This document shows, in pieces, positions 43,894 to 52,583 of a stretch of 56,127 nt of DNA. How positions within the stretch are numbered: position 1 is the stretch's first letter; each line of letters starts with the position of its first letter. The position numbers and the translations under genes are program-made. This DNA comes from a virus (lineage: Duplodnaviria; Caudoviricetes): IMG/VR virus record IMGVR_UViG_3300040856_002539, positions 1-56,127 of that record; one strand, written 5' to 3'. Below the pieces are notes generated by a model. That model did no database searches. It saw only the letters and a program-made list of their open reading frames with translations, and was not told the DNA's origin.

Positions 43894-44678
43894 TAACTTC
43901 GTTGTAAAGCTTGAATTTCTTTTAACTCATTCAAAAACTGTTCTTGGACAAGACTTCCAGGCTGTCTAGGTTCCGCATTTTTATCAAATTGTGCATAATC
44001 TCTGGATAGAACATAACGACTATAAGTAAAAGAAACAGTACACTTCAATAACTGAGAACTTTCATAAGACACTGGCATAGAATTAATGCTGATTGGATAA
44101 GCATTGATAAATTGATAAGTCAGTGGTCTATTAATCTTATTTCTTCTATCAATTCCTGTGTCTCCATAATCTCTCTCAAATTTTGTAATGTAGAGATTGT
44201 CTGTTGTGTAATCGTGTGGAAAATTTACTCTGTAATTGTATGTTGGACTTGTTTGGGGCATTCTGTTTGGTTGTTCTTCGTTTGATAATAAATTCTCACC
44301 AGCAACATAAGAAATCCAGTTCTCAAAAAAATCAATAACAAAGTAATTGCGATCAACAATAAAAGTGAAGTCGGCGCGATCATCATAAGACCTTCTATAT
44401 GCATGTCTTTCTGTTACGCCAGTATAATCATTATTAATTTCGTTTGTCATTAAACTGGAACCTGGTAGAGACGCATCTGAGCAAGATAATTTAATCAGTT
44501 CTTGGGTTTCGCCTAAATACTTCCCTCCTTTAAACCCAGCAGAGTCTCGTTGCTGTAAAAACGCCTGAACAAGATCTGGTGGCATAAACTCACAAATATA
44601 ATGAGATGTTAGGGCAGGCTGAAGCAGCTTGCTTTTGATGTGTGACATTTTATATGGCTGTATCGGTGCGCCTGCCAT
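43893..44678 (-). CDS. Tail tube-fold protein (gp19/gp54-like)
   Basis: LSCSDASLPGSSL...TF.VD...FFENW...F.NAYP.SI.SMPVSY...CTVSF.Y. Confidence 0.8.
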   Translation of the reverse strand: MAGAPIQPYKMSHIKSKLLQPALTSHYICEFMPPDLVQAFLQQRDSAGFKGGKYLGETQELIKLSCSDASLPGSSLMTNEINNDYTGVTERHAYRRSYDDRADFTFIVDRNYFVIDFFENWISYVAGENLLSNEEQPNRMPQTSPTYNYRVNFPHDYTTDNLYITKFERDYGDTGIDRRNKINRPLTYQFINAYPISINSMPVSYESSQLLKCTVSFTYSRYVLSRDYAQFDKNAEPRQPGSLVQEQFLNELKEIQALQRS

Positions 44679-44680
44679 TT

Positions 44681-44709
44681 CTAAATACTTTATGTTCTTT
44701 AATATTTAT
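44681..44709. promoter_or_regulatory. Overlapping divergent late promoters
   Basis: CTAAATA (+, 44681-44687) and ATAAATA (-, 44703-44709) in a 33-nt gap between divergent genes. Confidence 0.7.
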
Positions 44710-44711
44710 CA

Positions 44712-45158
44712 ATGGCAGAGCGAAAATACATTCAAGGATACTTTCGCCCAATACATCCAGAGAAGTACATTGGCAATCCCCAAAACATTGTGTACAGAAG
44801 TTCTTGGGAACTTCGTTTTATGAAATGGTGTGATGAAAGCACCAATGTTATTCAATATGGATCTGAAGAATTCTTTATTCCTTATCGCTCTCCAGTGGAC
44901 AATAAGACCCACAGATATTTTCCTGACTTTCTCATAAAAATACAAGAGCAATCTGGAGAAATAAAAACTTACTTAATCGAAATAAAGCCACAGAGACAGA
45001 CAGTACAACCAAAAACACCAAAAAGAAAAACAAAGAATTGGTTGTATGAGATGAAAACTTATTCTGTAAACCAAGCAAAATGGACAGCGGCAGAAGAATG
45101 GTGCAGAAGTAGAGGAATAGAATTCAAGATAGTGACCGAAAAAGAACTAGGAATTTAA
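44712..45158 (+). CDS. Head completion nuclease gp4 (TnsA-like)
   Basis: P..P.KY.G.P..IVYRSSWE..FM.WCD...SEE..IPY.SP.D...RYFPDF...IEIKP...NQAKW.AA. Confidence 0.92.
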   Translation: MAERKYIQGYFRPIHPEKYIGNPQNIVYRSSWELRFMKWCDESTNVIQYGSEEFFIPYRSPVDNKTHRYFPDFLIKIQEQSGEIKTYLIEIKPQRQTVQPKTPKRKTKNWLYEMKTYSVNQAKWTAAEEWCRSRGIEFKIVTEKELGI

Positions 45159-45159
45159 A

Positions 45160-45768
45160 ATGTTTAAGCCACTCAACAAACAAGCACAAAGACTTTGGGG
45201 AATATTTGGAACAATCAGAAAATGGTTTCTTGGACAAACAAAAGCCAAAGAAAATAAGTTCAAAAGAGAAGAAGAAGAAATAAAGTTTGAGGAAGAGCAG
45301 CTAAAGAAAAGAGGTGCCAGAGATTATGTCTTTGATCGACTTGATGAAAGAAAGCAAGAATTACAACAACAAAAAGATGAATTCTATAGCTTTAAGAATC
45401 TAGTTGACACATTACCAAAAAATCAGTCTCCTGTTTTTTATTTTGATGCATTGCTTGACATCTTGTCAAAAATGGGAAGAACAGAAGAAACAATGGAAGT
45501 CGGAAAAATCTATACTTTTAAGTATATCGCAAGAACAAAAGGTCAGTGGTATGATGTTCATCCAGTCAGTCTAATCATCGAAAAGGGAAGAACTTACTGG
45601 AGAGGAGTCAATTATCACTGGGAGAGAAACCCAGAATACATTGAAAGTCCTGTGAGAACTTATAGTTTTGTTGGAATGCAATCTTTGTTTTATAGGATCA
45701 AGCAAGAAGAGTTGGAATATGTTTTGAGAATTCCTTCTTTTTATCCGATCTTTATTTCTGGGAGATAA
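45160..45768 (+). CDS. DNA end protector gp2-like protein
   Basis: GKIYTFKY.A.T...YD.HP...GVNYHW; adjacent to gp4. Confidence 0.7.
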   Translation: MFKPLNKQAQRLWGIFGTIRKWFLGQTKAKENKFKREEEEIKFEEEQLKKRGARDYVFDRLDERKQELQQQKDEFYSFKNLVDTLPKNQSPVFYFDALLDILSKMGRTEETMEVGKIYTFKYIARTKGQWYDVHPVSLIIEKGRTYWRGVNYHWERNPEYIESPVRTYSFVGMQSLFYRIKQEELEYVLRIPSFYPIFISGR

Positions 45769-45771
45769 ATA
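45765..45771 (+). promoter_or_regulatory. T4-like late promoter
   Basis: ATAAATA. Confidence 0.6.
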
Positions 45772-45789
45772 AATATAAAACTACTATAA

Positions 45790-45849
45790 ATGTCTCATAC
45801 TCTACGAAAAATTGAGATTAGTTTGTCCCTTATGTGGAGGGAGTTCTGA
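45790..45849 (+). CDS. Possible leader peptide (19 aa) coupled to the gp48-like gene
   Basis: MSHTLRKIEISLSLMWREF*; TGATG overlap. Confidence 0.45.
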   Translation: MSHTLRKIEISLSLMWREF

Positions 45850-47258
45850 TGGCACCACAAAAACCAGCAAATTGGGAAGAAATAAAAGATGACAATGGAG
45901 AAGCAATCTACGGAGAATACCGAGCAGTACTCAGACTAAACAGAACACAAGGATCTGGCCAAACACAACAAAATGTCAGAGTAAATACTAATATAATCAA
46001 TGGAAATTATGATGCATATACAACCAACTTTGGTGCTGGAGATACACTGATTTATTCTTACAACGCATCCGATAACACAATTGTAGTTGCCAATCAAGGA
46101 ATATATGAGCAAATATTCACAGGACAAAATTCACAGCAAAAATTAAACTTCGAAAAAAGTATAAAAGAAAGCACACTAAAACTTGCAGAGTGGAATGTAG
46201 GACTATCTCAAACGCCACAAAAAAATAGTGAATTAAATGAACTAAAAAATAAACCTGGATACAAATCACTAGCAAATGCAGCGTCTGTCAATACGGATCA
46301 ACCACCTCCAGATACTGGAAGTGGCCAAACCAACCCAAGAACAACATTAAATACTGAAGATTTTACTAAATTAGAACAAATAGAAGCAGACAATAAAAAA
46401 ACTGCATGGAGAGGAAAGATATATCGATATCCAACTAAAATAGACGATAATAGACAAGACTTTATAAAATTTGAAGTATATGATTATAAAACAAGAAGAC
46501 CAAGTAGAGAAAATCCCCTCATACAGGAAAAAGATAGAAATTTAGGGTCTCAAATAGCAACTATAGTACTACCAATACAACCAACAATCATAGACAGTAA
46601 TACAGTTGATTGGAATGGATTAGGACTAAATCCAGTAGAACTTGCTGGATATGGTTTGTCAACTGCTGGTATGACTGGAGGGAGTAATGGTAATGATTTT
46701 GGAGAAATACTGGGGAAATTAGGAAATACAATAACTCAAGACTCCAACACCAAAAAAGCAATCTTACTATATTTAAAGCAAAAAGCAATTGGTGTTAATG
46801 GGTTGTTGTCTAGATTTGGTGGTGCAATCGTAAATCCAAATATAGAATTACTATTCCAAGGGACACAATTGAGACCATTTAATTTTTCATTCAGATTATC
46901 TCCAAGAGATAAAGACGAAGCAAAACAAGTAAAGAGTATAATAAGAGTCTTCAAAGAAGCAATGTCAGCAAAAACTGCTTCTGGTGGGATATTCTTGGCA
47001 GCTCCAAATGTTTTTAAAATAAGATATATTAATGGAGTAACAAAAGATGATCACACATCGTTAAATCAAATTAAAACATGTGCTCTCCAGTCATGTTCTG
47101 TTGATTATACTCCCGATGGATCTTACATGACATTTAATAATGCCGAGAGTGGATATCCAATGACATCATATAACTTAAGTTTGCAGTTCCAAGAGTTAGA
47201 GCCAGTAATAGACAGCGATTACAAAAAATTCACAGACGAATCAACAATAGGTTACTAA
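45849..47258 (+). CDS. Baseplate tail-tube cap, gp48-like
   Basis: RYP...D.IKF...LPI...D.N.V.W...NPNIELLFQG..LRPF.F.F...PR...CAL....VDYTP.G...L.FQELEP; GGAGG SD before ATG 45849. Confidence 0.85.
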   Translation: MAPQKPANWEEIKDDNGEAIYGEYRAVLRLNRTQGSGQTQQNVRVNTNIINGNYDAYTTNFGAGDTLIYSYNASDNTIVVANQGIYEQIFTGQNSQQKLNFEKSIKESTLKLAEWNVGLSQTPQKNSELNELKNKPGYKSLANAASVNTDQPPPDTGSGQTNPRTTLNTEDFTKLEQIEADNKKTAWRGKIYRYPTKIDDNRQDFIKFEVYDYKTRRPSRENPLIQEKDRNLGSQIATIVLPIQPTIIDSNTVDWNGLGLNPVELAGYGLSTAGMTGGSNGNDFGEILGKLGNTITQDSNTKKAILLYLKQKAIGVNGLLSRFGGAIVNPNIELLFQGTQLRPFNFSFRLSPRDKDEAKQVKSIIRVFKEAMSAKTASGGIFLAAPNVFKIRYINGVTKDDHTSLNQIKTCALQSCSVDYTPDGSYMTFNNAESGYPMTSYNLSLQFQELEPVIDSDYKKFTDESTIGY

Positions 47259-47259
47259 A

Positions 47260-48282
47260 ATGCCATCATACTTCAGACAAGTTCCAGACTTTGATTATGT
47301 CAGTAGAGATCCAAATCAAAGACAGATCTCAGAGTATGCTCCAGTAAAAAATCTATTTCGTCGTGGAAAACTTCGCGAAGATATCTTTGGCAACCTTTCT
47401 TACTTCACCAAGTATAAGATTATAGGTGATGAAAGACCAGATAATGTTGCGTTTAAAATCTATAATGACGAAACTCTTGATTGGGTAGTATTACTATCAA
47501 ATAACATCTTGAACATTCAAACAGAATGGCCATTGCCTCAGGTCATATTCGATAAAGTGATGTTAGAAAAGTATGGTTCTTATGATGAACTATACAATGG
47601 AATTCATCATTATGAAACAAATGAAGTAAGGGATAGTTCTGGAAATCTTATTCTTCCTTCTGGCATACAAATGCCTGCCCAGTGGAAAAGTGGAAATGGA
47701 TTTGTTGAAGGTGTAGTGTTTGCTGGAAATGTTAATTATATAATTTTTGACGAAGAATTTAAACTCGTCAATATAGCATTAGAAAACTTTGATGTAAATG
47801 TAAAATCAGGATCAACTGTAAATATTAGTGGTTCATCAGATTCTAATTTTAATGGAACATTTATAGTTAAAGACACATCTAGTGGTACTTCAGGTTTAAC
47901 CGGAAAGAGTATCTTTACATTTAGAATTGACGCAACTAATTTTACCTCAGAAGAAGGAGTGATAGAAATTACTGGTAATGAGAGATTTGAATTTATTTCA
48001 AATCACCCACTAACAAACTCAGACACTTATTACTATAGATATTATGATAGTAATTTAGAAAATGAAGTAACCCTACCATCTTCTAGTATACTCAACCCTA
48101 TTACAAACTATGAATATGAAATCAAACTCGAAGAAGATAAAAGAAATATTTTCGTCCTGAAACCACAATACTTGAATGTGGTGTTTAATGATATGGAAGA
48201 AATCATGAAATACAAAAAAGGTTCTACTCAATATGTAAGTAGAACCCTAAAGAAAGGAGATAACATAAGACTATATTCTTAA
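47260..48282 (+). CDS. Baseplate wedge protein gp53-like (with insertion)
   Basis: YFRQVPDFDY...KNLFRRGKLREDIF...DERPDNVA...LDWVVLLSNNI...EWP...HHYET...TNYEYE...KRNI..LK. Confidence 0.9.
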   Translation: MPSYFRQVPDFDYVSRDPNQRQISEYAPVKNLFRRGKLREDIFGNLSYFTKYKIIGDERPDNVAFKIYNDETLDWVVLLSNNILNIQTEWPLPQVIFDKVMLEKYGSYDELYNGIHHYETNEVRDSSGNLILPSGIQMPAQWKSGNGFVEGVVFAGNVNYIIFDEEFKLVNIALENFDVNVKSGSTVNISGSSDSNFNGTFIVKDTSSGTSGLTGKSIFTFRIDATNFTSEEGVIEITGNERFEFISNHPLTNSDTYYYRYYDSNLENEVTLPSSSILNPITNYEYEIKLEEDKRNIFVLKPQYLNVVFNDMEEIMKYKKGSTQYVSRTLKKGDNIRLYS

Positions 48283-48867
48283 TTATTCTGACAAAAAACC
48301 GGCATAATTTTTATCGTAGGTAAAAAAAGATGACATAGTATATCTTTTTCCATGAGTCACTTTTGTCACCCCATGAGTGTATTTTATCCCTGCCGGATGT
48401 AAAACTATCATTCCAGGCTTCGGAGAAACTTGTATACCAATATTTGGATAGTATATTTCTCCCCCATCAAAATCAGAATTTAAATATAAAACTCCTCCAA
48501 ACTCTCTCCAAGGAGAAGCATTAGGTGTTATGTTGTCTTGCTCTATATTATCAGCATGAGGAGTCATTTCATCGCCCTCTTTCCATTTTACTATCTGTGG
48601 AAACTCAGAATATAAATATCTGGAATTTGTCAAATTTATTTGTATATATTTCCTCATACCAAGACATACTTGTTTTAATATGTCTTTAATATCTGTTGGG
48701 ACATATTCTTCATTATAGTAAATGCATTTTTTGTCCCAGTATTTAATGCTACTTCTGTGCTGTTCAAATAAATGTTCTCTGCTTTTAATCCAATTGAGTA
48801 AAGTAGTTAGGGCATAAGGATTTATGAAATCTTCTTCTACGATTGGGAATATATCAAACTGTTGCAT
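48283..48867 (-). CDS. 2OG-Fe(II) oxygenase (prolyl-4-hydroxylase-like)
   Basis: HAD...YLN.DFDGGE...HGV..V..G.RYT. Confidence 0.9.
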   Translation of the reverse strand: MQQFDIFPIVEEDFINPYALTTLLNWIKSREHLFEQHRSSIKYWDKKCIYYNEEYVPTDIKDILKQVCLGMRKYIQINLTNSRYLYSEFPQIVKWKEGDEMTPHADNIEQDNITPNASPWREFGGVLYLNSDFDGGEIYYPNIGIQVSPKPGMIVLHPAGIKYTHGVTKVTHGKRYTMSSFFTYDKNYAGFLSE

Positions 48868-48888
48868 TTGTGTTCTCTAGTTAACAGT

Positions 48889-48910
48889 AAAAAGGAGCCT
48901 TGCGGCTCCT
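48889..48910 (-). terminator. Intrinsic terminator after ssb
   Basis: GGAGCC-gcaa-GGCTCC followed by T5. Confidence 0.85.
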
Positions 48911-48915
48911 ACAGT

Positions 48916-49833
48916 TTATTGAGCTAGTTTACTGAAATAAGCCATTGCATCATCTTCGTCCTCGTCAGTTTCGACTGCCGAAGATTTACTACGAGTGTAG
49001 GATTCTTCAAGCTCTTTCATGATGTCAGTTTCGGCAGATTGTACCAGAGACTCCAGTTCTTCTTCTTGCTCCCGGACAGATTCAGAAACTGGCTTAGAAC
49101 CAAGTACATACTGAAGGCGCTTGGTCAGTTCTTCTGAAGACTTAAACTTATCTCGGGAGATTAGTTCTTGGAGCGAGTGCTCAGTCCTCCAGAGTTCTTC
49201 TAGTTTATCATCATCGCCCCCAAGGAGTGCAGAAGGAGCTTCAAATACGCTGTCATCATAATTAGGATAACCAGCAACTTGCTTGACGCGAAGACGGAAA
49301 TTAGCACCAGTCCACAGGTCGAAAGGATCAATTACAGGATCGTCTTCAAACTCTGGCTTCATTGAGGCTTTGATCTTATCAAATACCTTGGCACCAAATC
49401 GGAAGATCTTGACTTCTCCTTCTAGGGAAGGATCTGCTGGGTTGCTTACGATGTAAACATTGGTATAGTAGCTGAGTTTACGCTTTCGTGCTCGTGCGAT
49501 TTCTTTATCTGAATCTAGTCCAGAGTTCCAATACTCAGAATTTTTCGCGCACACACAACACTCTTCGCCAAGAGTTGTTGGGCAATTTTCAATGAACCAA
49601 CGGCCATTAACTTGGAAGCCATGATTATACAGCTTCACAAAAGGAAGGTCTTCATTCGGTGGTGCAGGTAGAAAACGGATAACAGCACGACCATTACCCG
49701 CTTTGTCTGTTTCCAGTTTGAATAGATTTGGATTATCTCCTCCTCCATTATTGCCCATTTTTTCTGCTTCTTTGATTAGCTTTTCGGTTAGGCTACCGAG
49801 TGAAGATTGCTTCTTAAGATCTTTGAAATTCAT
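48916..49833 (-). CDS. Single-stranded DNA-binding protein gp32
   Basis: DKAGNG.AVIRFLPAP...HGFQ...IENC.TT...C..C...RKRKLSYY...FDLW.GANF...NYD.S.F; acidic tail. Confidence 0.95.
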   Translation of the reverse strand: MNFKDLKKQSSLGSLTEKLIKEAEKMGNNGGGDNPNLFKLETDKAGNGRAVIRFLPAPPNEDLPFVKLYNHGFQVNGRWFIENCPTTLGEECCVCAKNSEYWNSGLDSDKEIARARKRKLSYYTNVYIVSNPADPSLEGEVKIFRFGAKVFDKIKASMKPEFEDDPVIDPFDLWTGANFRLRVKQVAGYPNYDDSVFEAPSALLGGDDDKLEELWRTEHSLQELISRDKFKSSEELTKRLQYVLGSKPVSESVREQEEELESLVQSAETDIMKELEESYTRSKSSAVETDEDEDDAMAYFSKLAQ

Positions 49834-49890
49834 ATTACGCTAGATACGGTGGATTATGGGCGACTTCAGGGTTCCCAAGCCCATGAGAGT

Positions 49891-49919
49891 ATTATAGCAC
49901 AGGTTCAGTCGTCTTGCAA
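49891..49919 (-). promoter_or_regulatory. Sigma70-like promoter for gp32
   Basis: TTGCAA-N17-TATAAT with extended TG. Confidence 0.75.
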
Positions 49920-50237
49920 CTGCTGTTTAGCCGATTCGATCATGCTGATCATGTTTTTGAACACATCTCCAATTTGAATTCCAGTCGGGATGCCAATAAG
50001 TTTGATTGATTCTTCTAATCTAGATTTCATTTGAATTGCATCTGGATCATCAGATAAACTAAGTCTTGTGTATAAGATCTGCTGTTTCTCTAGCAGACTT
50101 TCAAGTAGTTGTATGTGCTCTATCTTTTCTTCTCTACTCATTCTTTCAAAAGAAAAAACATTAGAAGAGATTTTTTCTTGTAGATCTCCAATCTCTTCTA
50201 ATTCTTTTTTTACGATGTCCGAATTAAAAAATGTCAC
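49905..50237 (-). CDS. DUF1825-like protein
   Basis: FF.SDIV..E...LLEKQ...Y.RLSLSDDP.A..MK. Confidence 0.8.
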   Translation of the reverse strand: MTFFNSDIVKKELEEIGDLQEKISSNVFSFERMSREEKIEHIQLLESLLEKQQILYTRLSLSDDPDAIQMKSRLEESIKLIGIPTGIQIGDVFKNMISMIESAKQQLQDD

Positions 50238-50833
50238 AATAATACTTTTCTTAAAATATTCTGATATTTATTAATATCAATGTCCAGGAATGGAGAGTAA
50301 TTTTTAATTTTCTTGGAAACCGATTCCCAAATGGGGTCAATCAATTTCTCATCAAACTTTTCTTTATAATGTAACATTTTATCCAATATTACCATAGTTT
50401 CCAAAAAAATACGACCAGACAAATATTCTTTGAGCAATTTTGGATGACTGTTACCATTAATCTTTAGAATCTCCAAGATGTGATGTTCTTCTGTCAGACT
50501 CTTTAGATCATTTTGAAAGACATATGTTAGAGACTGTCTATTTTTCTTCCACTCTGAGTACCTTTCGTCTCCATTTTTTATGATGTCGCCAATCCAAAGA
50601 GTAGATGGATCAGTAGAAGAAACAAAATTTGAGACGAAGAAATCTACAATTTCATTATCCTTTTTTTGTCTAGAAAGTCTCTCGAAAAATAATCGATCTT
50701 TTCTCTTATGGAAGGATTGGAGAGATGCTTTTATTTTGCCGCAATATTTGTGGTAATCATAAGAATCATTACAAAAATGATTCTTTAATGCGAGATAAGT
50801 TTTATAGGTCTCATGAGGAGTCACTTTGGTCAT
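50234..50833 (-). CDS. Helicase loader gp59
   Basis: YKTYLALKNHF...YDY.KY.GK...F.KRKDR.FF..LS; synteny gp33-gp59-gp32. Confidence 0.9.
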   Translation of the reverse strand: MTKVTPHETYKTYLALKNHFCNDSYDYHKYCGKIKASLQSFHKRKDRLFFERLSRQKKDNEIVDFFVSNFVSSTDPSTLWIGDIIKNGDERYSEWKKNRQSLTYVFQNDLKSLTEEHHILEILKINGNSHPKLLKEYLSGRIFLETMVILDKMLHYKEKFDEKLIDPIWESVSKKIKNYSPFLDIDINKYQNILRKVLL

Positions 50834-51093
50834 AAAGGTAGTTTTGCTTTTGATGTCTGTTTGAGAAAATTCAATTCAATTGCATCACATTTAAGCTTTT
50901 CTTTTAGTGGTTTAGAAATTAACTTAGAAATTGACTCGACATCAATACTATTCATTTCGCAATACTGCACAATAGCAGTAATGTAATTATATTCTGGATT
51001 TTCTTTTACCAGGGTTTCTATTTCTTGTGCAAATTTATCTTGACATAAGAATTTTTTCTGGAATTCTTTTTTCAATTCATCGGAGTGATTCAT
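50830..51093 (-). CDS. Late transcription coactivator gp33
   Basis: F..EIE..V...YI.AIV.YCE...I.VES..KLISKPLKEKL..DA..LNF. Confidence 0.9.
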   Translation of the reverse strand: MNHSDELKKEFQKKFLCQDKFAQEIETLVKENPEYNYITAIVQYCEMNSIDVESISKLISKPLKEKLKCDAIELNFLKQTSKAKLPL

Positions 51094-51784
51094 ATTCTTT
51101 TAGTTTATCTTGGGTAAATTTTTTTACATATTTTACTAGAAGTCGAATGTATTTTTCGATGTCAGTTTCGACATAAGTGATTATTTCTCCGTTTTCGCAG
51201 GACATTATGATTACGAGTTGCTTTGCCATTATTCCTGTCATTTCATACAACATGCATGAGTATGCCGTCGTTTGGACAAAATACGATTCTACCCAATCTC
51301 TCGGCTTAGGTTTAGAACTCGTTTTGTAATCTATTATACTAAGAACTCCATTATATTCTGCAATCGTGTCACATGTACCAGCAATCCCCAGATATTCACT
51401 ATATAAAGGAATTTCGATACCCAATATATTATTTATTTTATTGAGTTCTGGTTTTGCTATATCAAAAAGAAGTTTTGGAAGTGGGGCAGATTTTGGTAGT
51501 TCTTGATTTCCTAGGTAATGCTCAACGAGAGAATGCATTTGGGTGCCACGAGAAGTTGATGCTTTGATTATACGATCTGCCTCTTGGTCTCCAATTTTTG
51601 ATCTCCACTTAGCAAATTTTTCTTTATTATAATGAGAAGTAACTGTAGTAATGGAGACAAAATTCATTAGATCTTCAGAATCTTTCTTACGATAGAATCT
51701 TTTTCCATCTACATGAAATCTTTCCAATTCAGGAACTTCTATGGATTTGTGGACGAACTTATGTAACATTAGCAAAAAAATCAA
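51077..51784 (-). CDS. PD-(D/E)XK exonuclease (exonuclease A / Cas4-like fold)
   Basis: SITTV...RGT.MH...E..LYS..LGIAG..D...IIDYKTS...YF.Q..AY. Confidence 0.88.
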   Translation of the reverse strand: MIFLLMLHKFVHKSIEVPELERFHVDGKRFYRKKDSEDLMNFVSITTVTSHYNKEKFAKWRSKIGDQEADRIIKASTSRGTQMHSLVEHYLGNQELPKSAPLPKLLFDIAKPELNKINNILGIEIPLYSEYLGIAGTCDTIAEYNGVLSIIDYKTSSKPKPRDWVESYFVQTTAYSCMLYEMTGIMAKQLVIIMSCENGEIITYVETDIEKYIRLLVKYVKKFTQDKLKEYESLR

Positions 51785-52542
51785 AGACCAAGTGAATGTT
51801 TAGCAATAACAAATTCTCGAACCAATGGCGAACGAATAATATCATCAACGCCAAATTCAATCTTTTTAAAAGAAGGCATAACATCAATGATTTTTAGGAA
51901 GTCAATGATTCCATTCTTTTCACTCATTTTGACAAGATCACTCTGCTCAACATCACCAGCAAACATGATCTTAGTGTCCATGCCACACCTAGAAATAACA
52001 GAGAAACACTCATGCCCAGAACAGTTTTGCGCCTCATCTACAATGATGATGCAGTTGTCAAGTGTAACTCCTCGAATAAAAGAAGTACACCAAAAACTTA
52101 TGGTCTCTTGTGCCTTAAGATTTCCATAGAGCATCTCGAAGTCATCGTCTGATGGGAGTTGGAACATGTATTTTACCATGTTCTTATATGGGATTTCGAA
52201 AAGAGATTTTTTATCTTCCTCTTTGCCAGGAAGGAAACCAATCTCTCTAGTCTGCACCAAAGACCTTACGATATAAATTTTCTCGTAAGGAGTCCTCTCA
52301 TCTAGAACTTCTTTGAGTGCTTTATAAAGTAGAGCATAAGTCTTGCCAGTGCCCGGCACTCCATGAGCAAATATGTTTTTTCCTTCGTCATAATACTCGA
52401 ATAACCTTTTCTGATTATCAGTAATAGGCTCAATGTCAAGAAGTAAGTCAGAATTTATTGGTTTTTTTCTTTTCATCTGTTTAGCTGTCATACCAACTCC
52501 AATGGGTTGATAGTCGTTTGTGGTCTTTTTCCTTCTTGCCAT
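51781..52542 (-). CDS. phoH: PhoH family ATPase
   Basis: G.PGTGKT, IGFLPG, TSFIRG.TLD, VDEAQN, GD..QSD, DIIRS.LV. Confidence 0.95.
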   Translation of the reverse strand: MARRKKTTNDYQPIGVGMTAKQMKRKKPINSDLLLDIEPITDNQKRLFEYYDEGKNIFAHGVPGTGKTYALLYKALKEVLDERTPYEKIYIVRSLVQTREIGFLPGKEEDKKSLFEIPYKNMVKYMFQLPSDDDFEMLYGNLKAQETISFWCTSFIRGVTLDNCIIIVDEAQNCSGHECFSVISRCGMDTKIMFAGDVEQSDLVKMSEKNGIIDFLKIIDVMPSFKKIEFGVDDIIRSPLVREFVIAKHSLGL

Positions 52543-52576
52543 ACAGTATCTGAAGTTGTTAATTTTGTTTTCATCT

Positions 52577-52583
52577 TATTTAG
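52577..52583 (-). promoter_or_regulatory. T4-like late promoter before phoH
   Basis: CTAAATA. Confidence 0.6.

Noticed and set aside
51077-51784. Cas4-like nuclease as part of a CRISPR system
   Set aside because: No array or other cas genes are present; it sits in the usual phoH-exonuclease-gp33-gp59 block of T4-like phages.
52543-52580. Pho box upstream of phoH
   Set aside because: No convincing tandem repeat was found; only a late promoter is evident.
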